Part shown: piece by piece, positions 38,201-53,200 of the stretch
How positions within the stretch are numbered: position 1 is the first letter of the stretch
How the letters are laid out: each line of letters begins with the position of its first letter
From: Antedon mediterranea
Taxonomy: Eukaryota; Animalia; Echinodermata
Reading direction: 5' to 3'
Length of the DNA stretch: 64,000 bases
Assembly: GCF_964355755.1 (NCBI RefSeq)
Contig: NC_092673.1
Coordinates: 27,773,648-27,837,647 of the forward strand
Program-made: the position numbers and the translations under genes
The notes under the pieces: model-generated
Databases searched by the model: none
What the model saw: only the letters and a program-made list of their open reading frames with translations
Told to the model about the DNA's origin: nothing

Positions 38201-41200
38201 ACTAAAAAAGTTATTGCTATGAATGTATTGCGGAGGTATGACCTACAGTATAGTGCTTTAATTTGGTTCAATTGGGGTGGGGGTGGGGTGTCAACTTATA
38301 CTGAGATACTTAATTGTACATAGATTATGAGTAAAAAAGGGTGGGGTGTGTGAGTGTGCTGTTGCCTGTAGATTGGATATGCCAAACTGTAGTGCAAACG
38401 TCATGCTCAAGTGTAGGTTGTGTTCACTCCACATTTTCACTCATATTCACCCATTTTTAGTGCATAATTAAAGTGTGCTTCACTTATTTTAAAAGGTTTT
38501 TACAGCTTAGATTTACGTGCATATCATCACAAAAAAAATGTTTTTTTTTATTTATTTACTTTTATTTTTCTATTCCATTCGTTTGTAATTAAACAAAAAA
38601 ACTATCTTAAAATATAAATTGTTTTTTCAAAATTGTTACATCTAGTTAAATAATAATAATTAATGAATTTAGTTTAAATAATCAACATGAATTAAAAAAA
38701 AAAATCAAAATGGTTCTAGTAAAAAAACTGCTTAAAAAAACCAAAAAATTCATAACAATTATTGAGAAACATGTTAAAATGTATACTGTAAATTTTTTTA
38801 ATTATGCTTGTTTTTAACTTCAATAAATGTGCTACAGTACTACTAACACATTCAATAATAACTCTCCTATATAATAATTAATATTATGAAAACTGTAAAA
38901 ACATAATAAATGCTTTATAATTGTGGCTGTATATAATTTGGCATAATGGTTAAAATTACTAATAGTTAGGTATTTGGATGAACCCTCTACACACTCTCTT
39001 ACATCTCTTCTCCTTTTCTTAACCATCTTTACCTCTAGTACATTATCAGATCAACCATCTTTTGGGTGAGTGCAATACATTTTGAGATTTGTTCTCAACA
39101 ACGGTAGTTATGCACCTGAGTTGAGGGCAGTTTATCATTTCAAACCGATCATTTTGCATTGCATTTTGTATTCAACGCTTTTGTTTGTATCCGACTCCTT
39201 TGTTATACTTATTTTTAACTTTTATGTTCCATTTCATTTAGTGTTTATTTTATCTTTTACAGACTGACTTGCATTGTTTTTTCCTAAAGCTCTGTCTACA
39301 CTATCAAATTAGTTTGACAAAAAAAGTGCCCAAACATGGTAGTGATATGCCCAAATATGTGATATGACATCATCATCATGTCCATATATGTGCACATCAT
39401 TTTTGTCACATAAAGTTTGATAGTGTAGACATAGCTTAAAGCTCTGTCCACATTATCAAACTTGATGTGACAAAAAATGTGTCCATATGTGGATATGATG
39501 ATGTCATATCACTACCATATTTGGGCATATTACTACCATATTTGGGCACATTACACTCTTTTTGTCAAATTAGTTTGATAAATTAGATAGTGCTTAAGTA
39601 ACCTAGTGTTGATTTGCTATATTTTTGCATGAGCCTATGGTTTTTTTTATTATAATGCAATAAATACTGTACAGTGTATTGTCGCTGTTTATCTGAGTTG
39701 GCATGTACAGTAATCCAGCAAATATTTATGCCATACAATATTTATGAAAATAATTTTGGAGTGTACTAGTTCATTAGTTCTTTTCATATTTTGTATGTTT
39801 TTTTTAATACCAAGTTTTATAGGCAAAAGAAGAAATGCTGAAGTAGAAATCATTTTTTTTAGATTTACATAGGCATGCATTTGCATACATAATAACACTA
39901 ACAATTGATTTCAAGTTAGTTTAACTATTAAAGGGAACCAATTTGTCAAATATTCCTACCTGATTCCCTGTACTGTACCCCCCCCCCCCACATACTGTAC
40001 AGTTAATAGGCAAATTCTGTCCCAGTGTCACATATGATCACATGTGCTAATGCTTATGGGCTATGATACAATTGTAACATGTAATATGTGACACTGTATT
40101 ACAGAATTTGGCAATGATACTGTCCAAATTATAGATACAGTACCAAGTTTTGCTAAAAAATGTATGTTGTCCCCCAAAAACATGGTAAATAAAGATTGAT
40201 AAATCAGATTTTGAATAGGCCATTTTGTAGTTTTAAGAAAGTTATCGCTTCTGCAGAAAGAAAAAAAATAGTAATGTTGAATTCAACCAAAATCCTTTGC
40301 TTCAACTTACAGTTTTTCAGTGTAAATACTTTTTTTCTATCCAATTTTTGTTCAAAGTGAATGACTATTATATTATGGAACATCAAACTGGCAACAACAA
40401 AAAATGTTTTCAAGGGGACAATATATCTTTAAGATTTATGTTTTTGGAGCTGAGCAAAATACACATACATTTCTGACATTTCAATCCACTGCTCCTGGTT
40501 GAAAGAAAGCCCTTTGAGCACAGAACAGTGCTTTATGATTGACAAATTACTTTTTTTCCAGATACAAATAAGTAGATTGTATTGTTTGTATTTGTGGTAA
40601 TTATTTAAAAATAACCAAAAAATTCTGAAAAAAATTAATTTTGTATGGTTTTCCTTGATTTTCTTGAATTTTCCCATTACATCATAAAACTAATTTGTGT
40701 ACAGTATAGAGTAGAACCATTTTAAGGGGACGCCTCCTTAACCCTTTCACTGCGTATACCCGGTAACGTCGTTGAAATACGTATACCTGGTAATACCAGG
40801 TATGGGCAAAACAATTATTTAATCGTATTTGCCTATAATATATGGCACCCTCTATATTCTTTCGATGAACTTAAATAATTTTGCAAGTCATTAAAAAAAT
40901 TTCCCAGCAAAAAAAACGGCCCTCTATAGTTGTATTATCGTCTTGAAAATAATGCGCCCTCTATAGTTAATTATATATATATTGTATAATAGTATTTCTA
41001 TCTTGGAAAGTTGTTTCGAGTAGCGTAATGGCGGCCATTTTGAAAGTAACACAAATTTACCAGCCCCAATAGGGCAACATTGTGTTTATCACAACACACA
41101 AAAAAAAAAATTCTGAAAGAATAGTTAGTTTTTGTACTATAGTGAATTATTGGAAACTGTCATTATTTTCTCGATTTTGCCCCAAAACTTTGATTTGAGC

Positions 41201-44200
41201 ATAATTTTTATAAAACAATAAAAAAAAAATTTAATTTTTTTTAAATATTTTTATTTGTTATACGTACCTTCATCAATATCCAGTTGGAAAAACGTATTCC
41301 ATAAGAATTTCTTATAGAAAATATAGTTTTTATCATTGAATAGATAAAAAACTCGAAATCCAAAATACCTGTAATGACGTCACATGACGTCATCAATATG
41401 CAAATTACTTCTTTTTTTATACCTAACTGTAAACTAACCCTTTGCCCATCACACACCACAAAAATAATTACATAATTATCTCAATTAGTATTTTTTTGCA
41501 ATTTATTAAAATATCATGTTTTTCTTAAATATATATTACTCACAGAGGTGGGAATAATGCGCCGCAGTGAAAGGGTTAATAGGAGTGGCCTAGTTTTAAA
41601 ACATTTGTCCCTTTTTTGTTTTATTGGAAAGTGTCCCTTAGTGTGTCTCAGTGGATGGGTTTTATTTATGATTTATGTTAAATATTGAGATGATTTATGG
41701 ATTGCTAAATTGTTTCTTGTTTACAGGTTTGAGTGTGACTGCGACAATACTGGATTCACAGGTACGACATGTAATATCAACATCAATGAATGCGAGTCAT
41801 CACCATGCCAACATGAATCAACATGCCTCGATCTTATTAATCGATACAACTGTTCGTGTCATCCTGGTTATGAAGGTCCGGATTGCGAGGTAGACATTCT
41901 TGAATGTGCATCTTCTCCGTGTCAAAACGCAGGCACTTGTTACGAGAGGTCAGATGAGACTTTGTACGGTGAGGGTAAACAATTTAATGGAAGCTTTAGC
42001 TACGATAATGCAGCGGGGTTTTCGTGTATGTGCGTACCTGGCTTTGTTGATGATTTATGCTCAACCAACTTTGATGAGTGCGGATCATCACCATGTCAAA
42101 ACAGCGCCACTTGTGTTGATTTAGTAAATGAGTTTCAGTGCGATTGTTCTCCCGGTTACAAGGGTCTTCTCTGTGAGGTGGAAATCGATGAATGCGAGTC
42201 GTCACCTTGTGCAGTTGGCAGTACATGTGTGGATCGTGTTGCAGCTTATCAATGTCTATGTGTTGATGGTTACGGAGGTATAAACTGCAATATCGCATTG
42301 ACTGGTTGCGTTGGTCATTCGCAATGTTTAAATGATGCTGTTTGCGTCCCTTACTACGACACAACATCTTCAACGCACAACTTTACCTGTACTTGCATAG
42401 ACGGTTACATTGGCGAGTTTTGTCAGACCTACACAGCTGCTTCTTTTGAGGATGGATCGTATCTTGTTGATTCCTCTGTAAATGGAGAAAACTCTCTTAA
42501 CTACACTCTCCAGTTTGCAACAACACTACATAGTGGTCTGCTCTTGTACACTGAAAGCCAAGGAGATGGTTACCTTCTTGTAGAACTCTTTGAGGGTCAG
42601 ATCTTTGTCAAGTATGCCGGAGATAATGAAAACCCTCTTGAGATAAACAACATCAACTCTGGTTTAAATGATGGTAATTTTCATACAGTTGATCTGTCAG
42701 TCAATAGCACAATTGATGTGACCGTTGCCAGTACACCCGTCTCTAAATCTGTTGTCATCCCAAATGGTTATAATCGTCTGGTGTTTGGAACTCTCTACAT
42801 TGGCGGTGTGGACACATCAATGGAAGCAACTGTCGCAGAGAGATCTCAATCAGATACTACATATATTGGATGCATGCAGGATATTGCCAATAATGATGCT
42901 GGGCTGGTATTACCACCAGGAGTCGCCGCTAGAAGAAGGAGAAGACAGGCAACCTCCACTGGTCAGGCTGGATGTGATCGTGTTGAGCAGTGCAAAGCTG
43001 ACACTTGTAGTGGTCAAGGACGGTGCATAGATTTGTGGTGGACATTTAGCTGCGATTGTGATCCCACCTGGACTGGACCAACCTGCAATAACTGTAAGTA
43101 TCCACTGTAAAGCCTTGTCTACACTATCAAACTTTATGTGACAAAAATATGTGGTGTGTCCATATCACTACCATAGTGTAGACAGTGCTTTAGAGATAAT
43201 TTCAAGAATATCTTTATTGTTTTGAATGTGTACTATATGTGTCTGATTTATGGGAAACATATTGTAGTGAAAGTAAAGTTAAGTTTTGTTTACCTGTGTA
43301 AGGTTTAAATCAACTAAAATCAAGCAGTGTATAGGCTTAAATATTGTGATCAACAACGTTTACAGAATCACCCTCAAGTATGGGGTGCCAAACATGTCAC
43401 AACATTGTCTGTTACTACACATATTACTGTAGGAAATATTCCTCCAGTTTTCATAATAATCTGTAAAACATTATTTTTAAAATATTGTTGAAATTCTTTG
43501 TTTGATTTCAGCATTGATACCTGCAACCTTTAGCAACGAACAAACTACTAGCTATGCTGTGTTCACTCAAACAGCCAACATCACAGATTTCACTTCTCTT
43601 GAACTCAGCTTCAAAACCAGAAAATCAAGCGGGCTCCTTTTCTATTCCGAGCTTGGTTCCGCTTACATCGCTGTTGAACTCGTAGATGGGAAAGTGACGG
43701 TCGCGTCAAGTTTCTCAAGCCCAATTCAGAGTGTGGACATGTACAATGATGCTATCTACCACTACCTCAACATCTTTAAGGACACTACATCGCTTTCTCT
43801 TTTAATTGATTCTGATGTTCATATAAACGCATCTGCAGCGGATGAACCATTATTGTTTTCAACACACTACGTCGGTGGCTTTACCCCTTCTCTGCCTCAA
43901 GGTGTGATCGGTGACTTTTTCAAAGGCTGCATTGTAGATGTTCGTTACAATGAAATTCACTTTGAGTTTTTTCCAGTCAACATTCCAGATTTCACACTAA
44001 ATTCGTTGAGCATGTCAGCTAGTTCATCACAAGTTCTTGAAGGCTGTGTATCAGATGATACCTGTATATCAGTTCCATGTACAAACAATGGAACTTGTAG
44101 CATAACGTTTAATGATTATGAGTGTATGTGTCCTAGGAATTTCAAAGGCAAGAACTGCAGTGAAGAAACGGCATGCTCCATAAGTGGATGTCCTGCGGAC

Positions 44201-47200
44201 ACAACTTGTAATGACTTGGATGATGGTGGCATAGAATGTAAGTATATATTCAGTAGAACCCATCTGAATAGGGCTATGTAAAACATATATCACCCCTTGT
44301 TTTTTTTCAAATGAATGTCTATAGTACCCCTGGAAAGGGGTTGGCCATACAGTAGTGTTAAAACATATATTTCCCCATATGTTTTACAACTTATAATGAC
44401 AAAATGTAAATATATACAGTAGGATCCCTATTCAAGACCCAGAAAAGTGTCCTCTTAATATGGATGTCTAGGATGGATGTCTACTGCCTGTATAGAGGTT
44501 GGCCATAGTATTTAAAAAAATACTTCCCCTTGTTTGTTTCACCGGAAAGTAGTGTCCCTTGGTGTTCTGTGAATATGGGTTGGCCATACAGTGTTAAAAC
44601 ATATATTTCTCCTGTTAATTTCACAGGAAGGTGTCCCCTTAATAGAGGTTTCATGTAAATAGGAATGTTGTTTTAATAGGGATGTTAAAAGGGTTCAATT
44701 TACTACCAGCTTTGGTAGGTATGGTGACTACAAGAAAAATGTGATTTTTTTAAACAGAATAATGATGATTTTTGTTTATTTTGTAGGTGTTGCCGTTAGA
44801 ACCTTTGAAATATATAGCAGCATACAGTATGTGAACAATGTTACAAATACAGATCTAACCACCATGTCGCTACAGTTACGTATACGCAATCAATACGCAC
44901 TCCTTCTACACTCTAACAATGGCGATGACTATTTCACTTTTAAAATTTCTGACGGAAAGGCTGTTCTTGATTTCTCAATTTCCGGCAGTAGTGGAACTAT
45001 AGAAACAAGCAGACAGGTGAATGATGGTTATTGGCATGATGTGCAAGTGGTTTTATCAAGCGGCCAGCTGAAAATAGTTATTGATAACGATGATGATGTG
45101 GTTGGAAATGTCGCTTTAACGTCGTTTAACGCTGTTATTACAGATTCAGGCAGCTCACCTTTGTATCTCGGTGATGTCAACTTCACCAATACACAGTTCT
45201 TTGACAACAATCTTGGATTCGACGGTTGCCTAGAAGCTGTTCGTATTGGCGGCCTCCTCTTACCTTACCTTGAAAAATACCAATATGACAGTGCAAGCCT
45301 TGACCAGTTTACAGTTTATTCAATGAAAGACGTCATTGCAGGTTGTCAAGGAGATTTGGTTTGTGATTCAAACCCTTGTCAAAATGGTGCTACATGCCAA
45401 GATATTTGGAATGCGTACACTTGTAATTGCGCCGCGGGTTTTGACGGTAATGAGTGTGCTAACAACATTGACGATTGTCTCTCTAGTCCATGTGTTAATG
45501 GTTCGTGCGTGGATGAAGTTAATATGTACAGATGTCAGTGTTCTGGTGGATTTGAAGGTGTCAATTGTGCCATTGATATCAATGAGTGTGATTCTAACCC
45601 TTGTTCTGCTAATTCTATCCTGTGTGTGGATATGGTGGATGACTTCTTGTGTACGTGTGCCACAAATTATACTGGAAAGACCTGCAGTGATTTGATCTTG
45701 GTAAGTTTTTTAAAACAAATCATGGTGAGTGACACCAGTGGTACACATCATAATTGTTTCATTTTACTTGCTACTACTACTTTACTTGGTACTTGCGGTT
45801 TTGAGTGAGTGGCCGAGCAGTTCACGGTCATTATGTAGCCATAACATCGGCAAGGGTTCGAGGCTCACTCTCTCCATGGTTCTGGAGGTAAAACAAGTCA
45901 TCTCGGATAAGGACTATAAACCGTATGTCCAGTGTACACATCTGGCTCATGTGCACTTAAAAAAACCTAGTACATCTTTCAAGACAAGTAGGGGGTTAGG
46001 TTACCCTGGTGTACTAATACATCACAGCCACTGATCATGATCATAATCTGGGAGACCAGTCTTTAAGAGATTACCCAGTATAAATAAATGACAAATTCAA
46101 ATTCTGTTGAATAGTCTCGTCTTTGTAATAAATTTTTAATTTTTTTTTTCTTCTTTAGGATTTGGTAACATGCGCTGACCAGCCTTGTATGAACGGAGGA
46201 ACGTGTGGAAATGTAACCAGCCCACAGCCAAATATGGTAATGTTTCATGTAACACATGTTTAAATTCATATCATCTGATTCGTTAATATATATATACAGT
46301 TAAAAAGGAAATGTAAAGTTGTACAGACAAAAGAAAAAATAGAGGTCATGTTGCTCCTAGTACTTGTTATACTGGGTAACATGTCTTCCCGAATAAGGAT
46401 TATATACAGATATATACACAGTTTGCCTCTATGCACTTTAAAGAACCCAGTTCATCATTCGTGTTCATTATGTGGTGTTTTATTTTTTTATTTCTTTATT
46501 CTGACATAAAATCATAGGATAAAAAACCCAATAAAGTACCGAGACAGCAAACTTATTTCCATTGTGGTCCTAAACAAATATTACAGAATAAATAAGAACT
46601 GGTTCATAAAATAGTCCCTGTATCAGGTGGATTACTACAGTAGGACAGTAATTAATTTACTATTTGTATTCCTTGGCCACAGAGCATAAAGATTAAAATA
46701 TATAAATAATACTGTTTTTATTCAAACTTTCTGCAGCCTGTTATTGAATGTGTCTGTGCACCTGGCTATGAGGGTGACCAGTGCTCGAATGAAATTGACT
46801 ATTGCGTTGGCAATCCGTGTGTCAACGGACAATGCAATTCAAGCATAGTTCTACTGATCTACACATGTTCTTGCTTCACTGGATATGAGGGTGTAAACTG
46901 CGACGTTAACATCGATGAATGTGCTAGCGGACCTTGCCGGAATTCTGGGACGTGTGTTGATTTAGTGAACGGTTACGCTTGTACATGTGTTCCAGGTTCG
47001 TAATCTTTTTGAAAAGGTTGTTTTTTGGTAATAACTGACTTTGATTAAATATGCTGATTTGGCTGCTTGCAAACCGCACGCAAACTGTTGTTGTACAGGC
47101 GTGTAGGGTAGTGCATGATCGTAACTGCCAAGACACTTTTTATTCTACATATCGTTAAATCTGCAATTAATACATTTTGTATTCTACTTTTTTTAATGAC

Positions 47201-50200
47201 AATCCTTGTGAAATATTGACTTGTAGGCTATACAGGGCTTAAATGTGAACAAGATATAAACGAATGCTCCAGCAATCCTTGTGTCGCAGGAATATGCTCA
47301 GATTCTGTTAACTCATTTACATGTACTTGTGATGAAGGATATACAGGTGGGTATTGCATGAATATTCATATCATATGCAAATTTATCCTGGAACTAACCA
47401 ATGAAAGCACAATGCACTGTTTTGATTGGTTGATTGATACTTCTACACATAAGGTGAAGGGTTGTAATGTGTTATTCATTGTGCAATACATTATTACTTC
47501 TGCTTTAATATTTTTATGATAATTTTCAAACAAAAAAGTTATAAATTATAAAACAACATAAACAAAATCTTTTAAAGAAGTTAAGGATAATTATATCTGT
47601 TACCGTTATTATAAATTTTGCAAATAATTTCATAACAATACTATGAATAGGTTTCTCAACAAAGTACATGGAACACCCTGTTTCTTTTAACGTGATTTAC
47701 TAGTTTGTGACACAGTTTGAAATTAATTGCATGGTTCACTGATTCTGTGTCATGGCAACAGAAGCTTTGATGGATATTATGCAACTACTGAAAAAGTGTT
47801 TCATCTAGCGCTGAAATTAAAAGCAGTTAAATGAAATTAGGAGAAATTGAAACATTGTAATGCATGATCTGTTGGCACTACAAAGCAAAATAGTTTTTAA
47901 CTGTAGCACATACATCTCCATATAAGGAATTGATGAAACAATGTGTAGTAATTGCGATATATAAGATGAGTTTTGCTAAAGTATTTTATTGTTATGTTAG
48001 AGATTGCAATCAGATTTCATTCCAAATTTCATAATTATTTTTAGAATAATGTTAATTGTTTTTTTTAAAATACAAACATTTTAATTTAGAAAGAGGCATA
48101 ACCCAAATTGAATTTTTTGGATCTAAACTATTTAGTAGAATTTGTTTGCTGAATATTTTTAGCTGTTTGAAGATGTTTTTATGACTTCCACCACAAATAC
48201 CGGGAATTGCAGTGTTATACGCATTGCATTGAAAATGTTTGATTTGATAGTGTAAAAATGTTGACCTACAGTATAACCTCAAGTAAACTTTGGCCCTTGA
48301 CCTCTGATGTCTTCCCTATAGGTTCCAATTGCAGTCAAGATATAGATGAATGTATTTCAACACAACCATGCCAAAATCTTGCCACTTGCCTTAATACTCC
48401 CGGCAATTATAGTTGCGATTGCCCACTTGGTTTTTTTGGTCAACACTGCGATGTTGATCCATGCTTTAACAACCCATGTGCGCAAGGAGGGACATGCTCA
48501 GCCATGTCCATTGATAAAACGCGGTGCATTTGTCCCATGGGCTACCAAGGTGATTACTGTGGCGAGGTGACCTGTGATTCTGTGGATTGCCAAAACGGAG
48601 CGGTTTGCAGCTTGGACTACACTACTGCCACGTGGTCTTGCAATTGCAGTCAGTTCTACTCAGGTAGCCCGAGATTGTTCATGTGATTGTTTGTCGATGT
48701 TTGCGTTTACGTAATGCACTGCCGCTAACAAGTTGTTAAAGCTTCACGATAACCGCTGTTAACCATCTTGTCTGTCGTGCTGGTAGACGTGGTCGTATAA
48801 TATCCACAATACCTATAACCACTACCAGTTGTTACCCATTCCTAACTTGCATGTTTCAGATATTTGGATGTACATTATTTAATTGGAATGGTTTTTTAAT
48901 TTGTTGTTGATGGCTTCAGTATATAGATCATAATTTCACTGATAACAAATTCTATTTCAATAATATTACTCTTGTTACATTCAGTATTTTTTTTTCTGAT
49001 TATTTTTATATGTACAATTGTCTATTCAGTCAATTTGTATCCTATTTTCACCATCCTTCTTCACTACTACCGTAATCAGCATTATAATAATTGCATCGTG
49101 TTGTAATTATATCACCATGTATATCATCACTATCAATATCTAAAGATATGTTTCTATCCTTTTATATATCTAACATCCTAGAGTAGACTATCTATTATTA
49201 AATAGTTTCTTTTATTATTTTTTCTTGATATTTTAAATAAGGAATGAATTTTTCCTAATGTAATGTATTAAAATGTATGAGAACACAAGCATAACAATTA
49301 GTTGTTCTCGGGTGGAAGTCAAATGCACAATTGTATTTATTATCGTGTGAAACTTTTTCAACCAATGTGACTTTTGTTTTGGTATTCCTAATATTAGCAA
49401 GCATCCCATTCGAAATAACTCACTTAAGTGTGAACTGTGATTAGTGAATACGGCCACAGGGTTGTAGATTCTCTTTTCAGACTCTTAAGCTCTGTCTACA
49501 CTATCAAACTAGTTTGATAAAAAAAGTGTGATGTGCCCAAATATGGTAGGGTGATATGACCTCATCATGTCCATATATGGGCCCATATTTTTCTGTCACA
49601 CATAAAGTTTGATAATGTGGAGAGAGCTTTATCTCATGTTCGTATCCTTTGTAAGTACCATTGTTTTATCAATTCCTTTTGGTTATTGTATTGAATACAA
49701 TTATCAAGTCTACACAATTTGTGACTTCAATTTGTATACGTATTTAAGTATTTTAACTTGAATAATATTTGTATTACTGCACGAATTGTGTATGGCACCA
49801 GTGATTTAATAGTCACTCAGTAATCACTCGGTATATTCTACTTTTCAGTCAATATTTTGTTATTAATTTCTACTACAGTGCCAATCTATATTTCAATGCC
49901 TCAAGCTCTGTCTACACTATCAAACTTTATTGGACAAAACAAATGTGATGTGCCCATATATGGACATGATGATGTCATATCACTACCATATTTGGGCACA
50001 TTACATTTCTTTTGTCAAACTAGTTAAGTTTGTTAGTGTAGATATGGCTTTATTACTGCATAGTGTGATTTTATTATATAGTGCATTATTAAAATAGACA
50101 TTTTAATTGCATATTAATTAGTTTTTAAAAGGATATTTATTGGGTGAATGCTGGCATGAAATCCTAGCATGGTGTAAATGCAGATAAATGTACTTATACA

Positions 50201-53200
50201 GTTGAATTCAGACAAACTTAACTGATTGCATATATACTTCAACAGTAAATTTCATTCAATACTAACAATACAGTAATTATTATCATCTAGATTCATTTGT
50301 TTGTTACTAAACCAAATTTTAATATTCTGTTCTAAAACCATGATGTAATGTATAGTCTGTTAAGCTCTGTCTACAAGTTATCAAACTAGTTTGACAAACT
50401 AGTGTGATGGAACACAACCAAAGTAAACTGATTGGATAAACAGAGCAACAATGCTATCACAAAATCTGAATATAAAAAGGCAAAAAGTTTAATCAAAACA
50501 TAATTGTATGAGTTAGAAAGAGATCCTCTACAGTTAATTCCAGTAAATAGATTCTTTCAAATTCAGTGTGTCAAATACAGGAATATTTTGCTTCTAATAT
50601 TACCAACAAAAATGTGAATTTAGGCCCCTATATTATCAACATTGTGATAATGATTGTTTTTTGTTTGTTCTAAGCCATATCTCAATTTTTAAATTGATAT
50701 TTAGGTGAACTGTGTGACTGGGAAGGACCTTGTGTGAACGAACCATGCCAGAATAGCGGCACCTGCAACCATCCCACTGGGGATATGCCGGCCAATTATA
50801 CCTGTGAATGCATGACTGGCTATGAGGGTACAGACTGTGAGACAGAAATTGACTGGTGTGAAACTACTGTTTGTCAGAATGGAGGCACATGCTCCAGTAG
50901 CCCCCCTGGCCACTCTTGCAGTTGCATAGATGGATGGACAGGTAAGATTATCATTGATAACCCCATATATTCAGGGATGTAACTAGTAACAGATGCTTAG
51001 AGGGTGTAATTATATTAAGGGAGGGTTGAAACAAAATAAAACAGTACTTTTTTTGGATGGGCACTCAGGCTGCACAATTAGGCAGGGTGGAAGGCATTAA
51101 CCCTTTGAAGATGCGAGGTTTCTACCCCAAGTGACAGCTATAATGAGGTATTTTTACTAATAGGCTTAGAAAAAATGCCAAATACATTTTTATTACTAAC
51201 TTTCTGCAATTGTTTGTTTTATTGTTATGTGAAATGTTTTGGCCTTCCGAAAATTGCATTTTTTTTGTTCACCTGGGTCAAAGGTCAAATGCTCAAAAAG
51301 TGCAATTTAGTGACCCCAAAAAGTCAACCTGTACATATACAGGCCCCGTGTCCTGGGACTGTAAATTACCCCGTATGGGATACGGCCACATCTTCAAAGG
51401 GTTAAAATATAAGTGGTTAGGGTGGTTTGAAGGTAGATAGGTGTCTTACTGCTCAATACAATTACATCCTAATGTTTTACCGTGGTTCAAAAACTAAGTT
51501 CAGATCACTGTTAGGGTTATCTTTATTTGCCTACTACTTCACTATCAAACAAAATATTCGTAAAACCTGACATTTTCCTTGCCAAGTCTCCTGGTCTATA
51601 TGTGTGTTGACTGTACACAGAAAAAACACACATCATTTTCTACTACTCCCAAGATATTCAACTCTATGTATTTTTTTCCCACAGGGGATGTTTGTCAGGT
51701 TAACATTGATGAGTGTGACAGTAACCCATGTCAAAATAATGCAGATTGTTTGGATTATGTTAATGGTTATAACTGCTCATGTTCCACAGGTATTGCATAT
51801 CTTATTTTAATCATGTAACAACAGTGAATCCAGAATTTTTAAATAAGAGGGTGAGGAACAAACAGGACAAGGCCTATAAATGGTGAAGAGAACTCAATTG
51901 GTTGGGCCCTTGTATCTATCTATGTATAATAACTTTCTAATTATTTGCTTGTGTGGATTAAAAGATTCATGTTTAATATACAATTTTGAATTGTTACTGA
52001 CAATATTATAAAGCTCTGTTTACACTATCAAACTAGTTTGACAAAAACAAGTTTGGTAGTGATATGATGCCATTGTGTCAATATATGGGCACATCACATA
52101 CAATTTGATACTAGTGTAGACAGAGCTTTATAGTAGGCAATAGGATCCCAATTCACTCGAATAGGGGTGTCCTAAAGAAGAGATTCTACTGTAACGCAAA
52201 ATGTCACTTATTTACTCTTCTGTATCTAGGCAAATTGCATAATTTGTTAGAGTATTTAGGCAAATTCTGAGATACAATGCACATCACATCTGGCTAGTGT
52301 CTCATATGAGCAAAAGATTATTTATGATCATAAGAATTACAGTATTAGGTTAAATACAGTGGCACATAATTTGCATATACAAAAATCTAGATGCGGGGGT
52401 CTGTTTGTGTTTGATACATTAAGATGAGGTAATTCCATATTACTCTATACAGTAGAAAAAGGTGCTAATAAATACAAACAATGTTGTTTTCAGGTTGGCA
52501 AGGTACTTTCTGCGATACTGATATTGATGAATGCGTGCTGTCACCCCCTTGCAAAAACTTTGGTAATTGCACGAACACAGATGGAAGCTACTCATGTTCC
52601 TGCCCCTTTGAGTTCATTGGCTCCAATTGTCAGTTTGACAATCCATGTATTAGCTCCCCTTGTAAAAACGGAGGTACATGCGACTATGCTGAAGATGGTG
52701 TGTCCTACAAGTGCACATGTGATTTAAAGTATAATGGGGCATCCTGTGAGAATGTGAGTACTTGTTAATTATTTAGTGGGACTGTAGCTTGGTGTTTTAA
52801 ATTGCTTTCCAATCCCAAGGTCCGGGGTTCAATCCTGACCAGGGTTGTAACTTTACGACTCTTTCAACTCCACTCCCAAAGCCTCAAATGAGACTTAGTT
52901 TTTAAACGTGATAAATTATTATCATTGTTTATCCATCCTGTTGGATATGTATGAAATAAGGAATTTAAAAAACAGAGTTGAGGGGTTGACTCAACTTGAC
53001 TATCATACATAAAGACCTAGGTTCAATTCCTGTTAAGAACAACACCCACTTCACTCAGCTGTGTATAAGTTCCAAAACTACTACTAGGGAGGATAAGGCG
53101 ACTTGAAAATCAACGGCCACCCTGCTACATAAAGCTTAGTACAATGATCTCATAACAGCTCATTCCCCTACGTTCAGATTGAATACAGAAATACATTACC

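Noticed and set aside
47099-47107. 9-nt stop-containing microexon in crumbs intron 14 (tacag|GCGTGTAGG|gtagtg, followed by TGCATG)
   Set aside because: Weak pyrimidine tract and weak donor; not supportable without reads.
33099-50913. Many alternative-frame and antisense ORFs over EGF exons (e.g. 33756-34165, 37153-38073, 41996-42373)
   Set aside because: Shadows of Cys-rich coding exons with no independent features.
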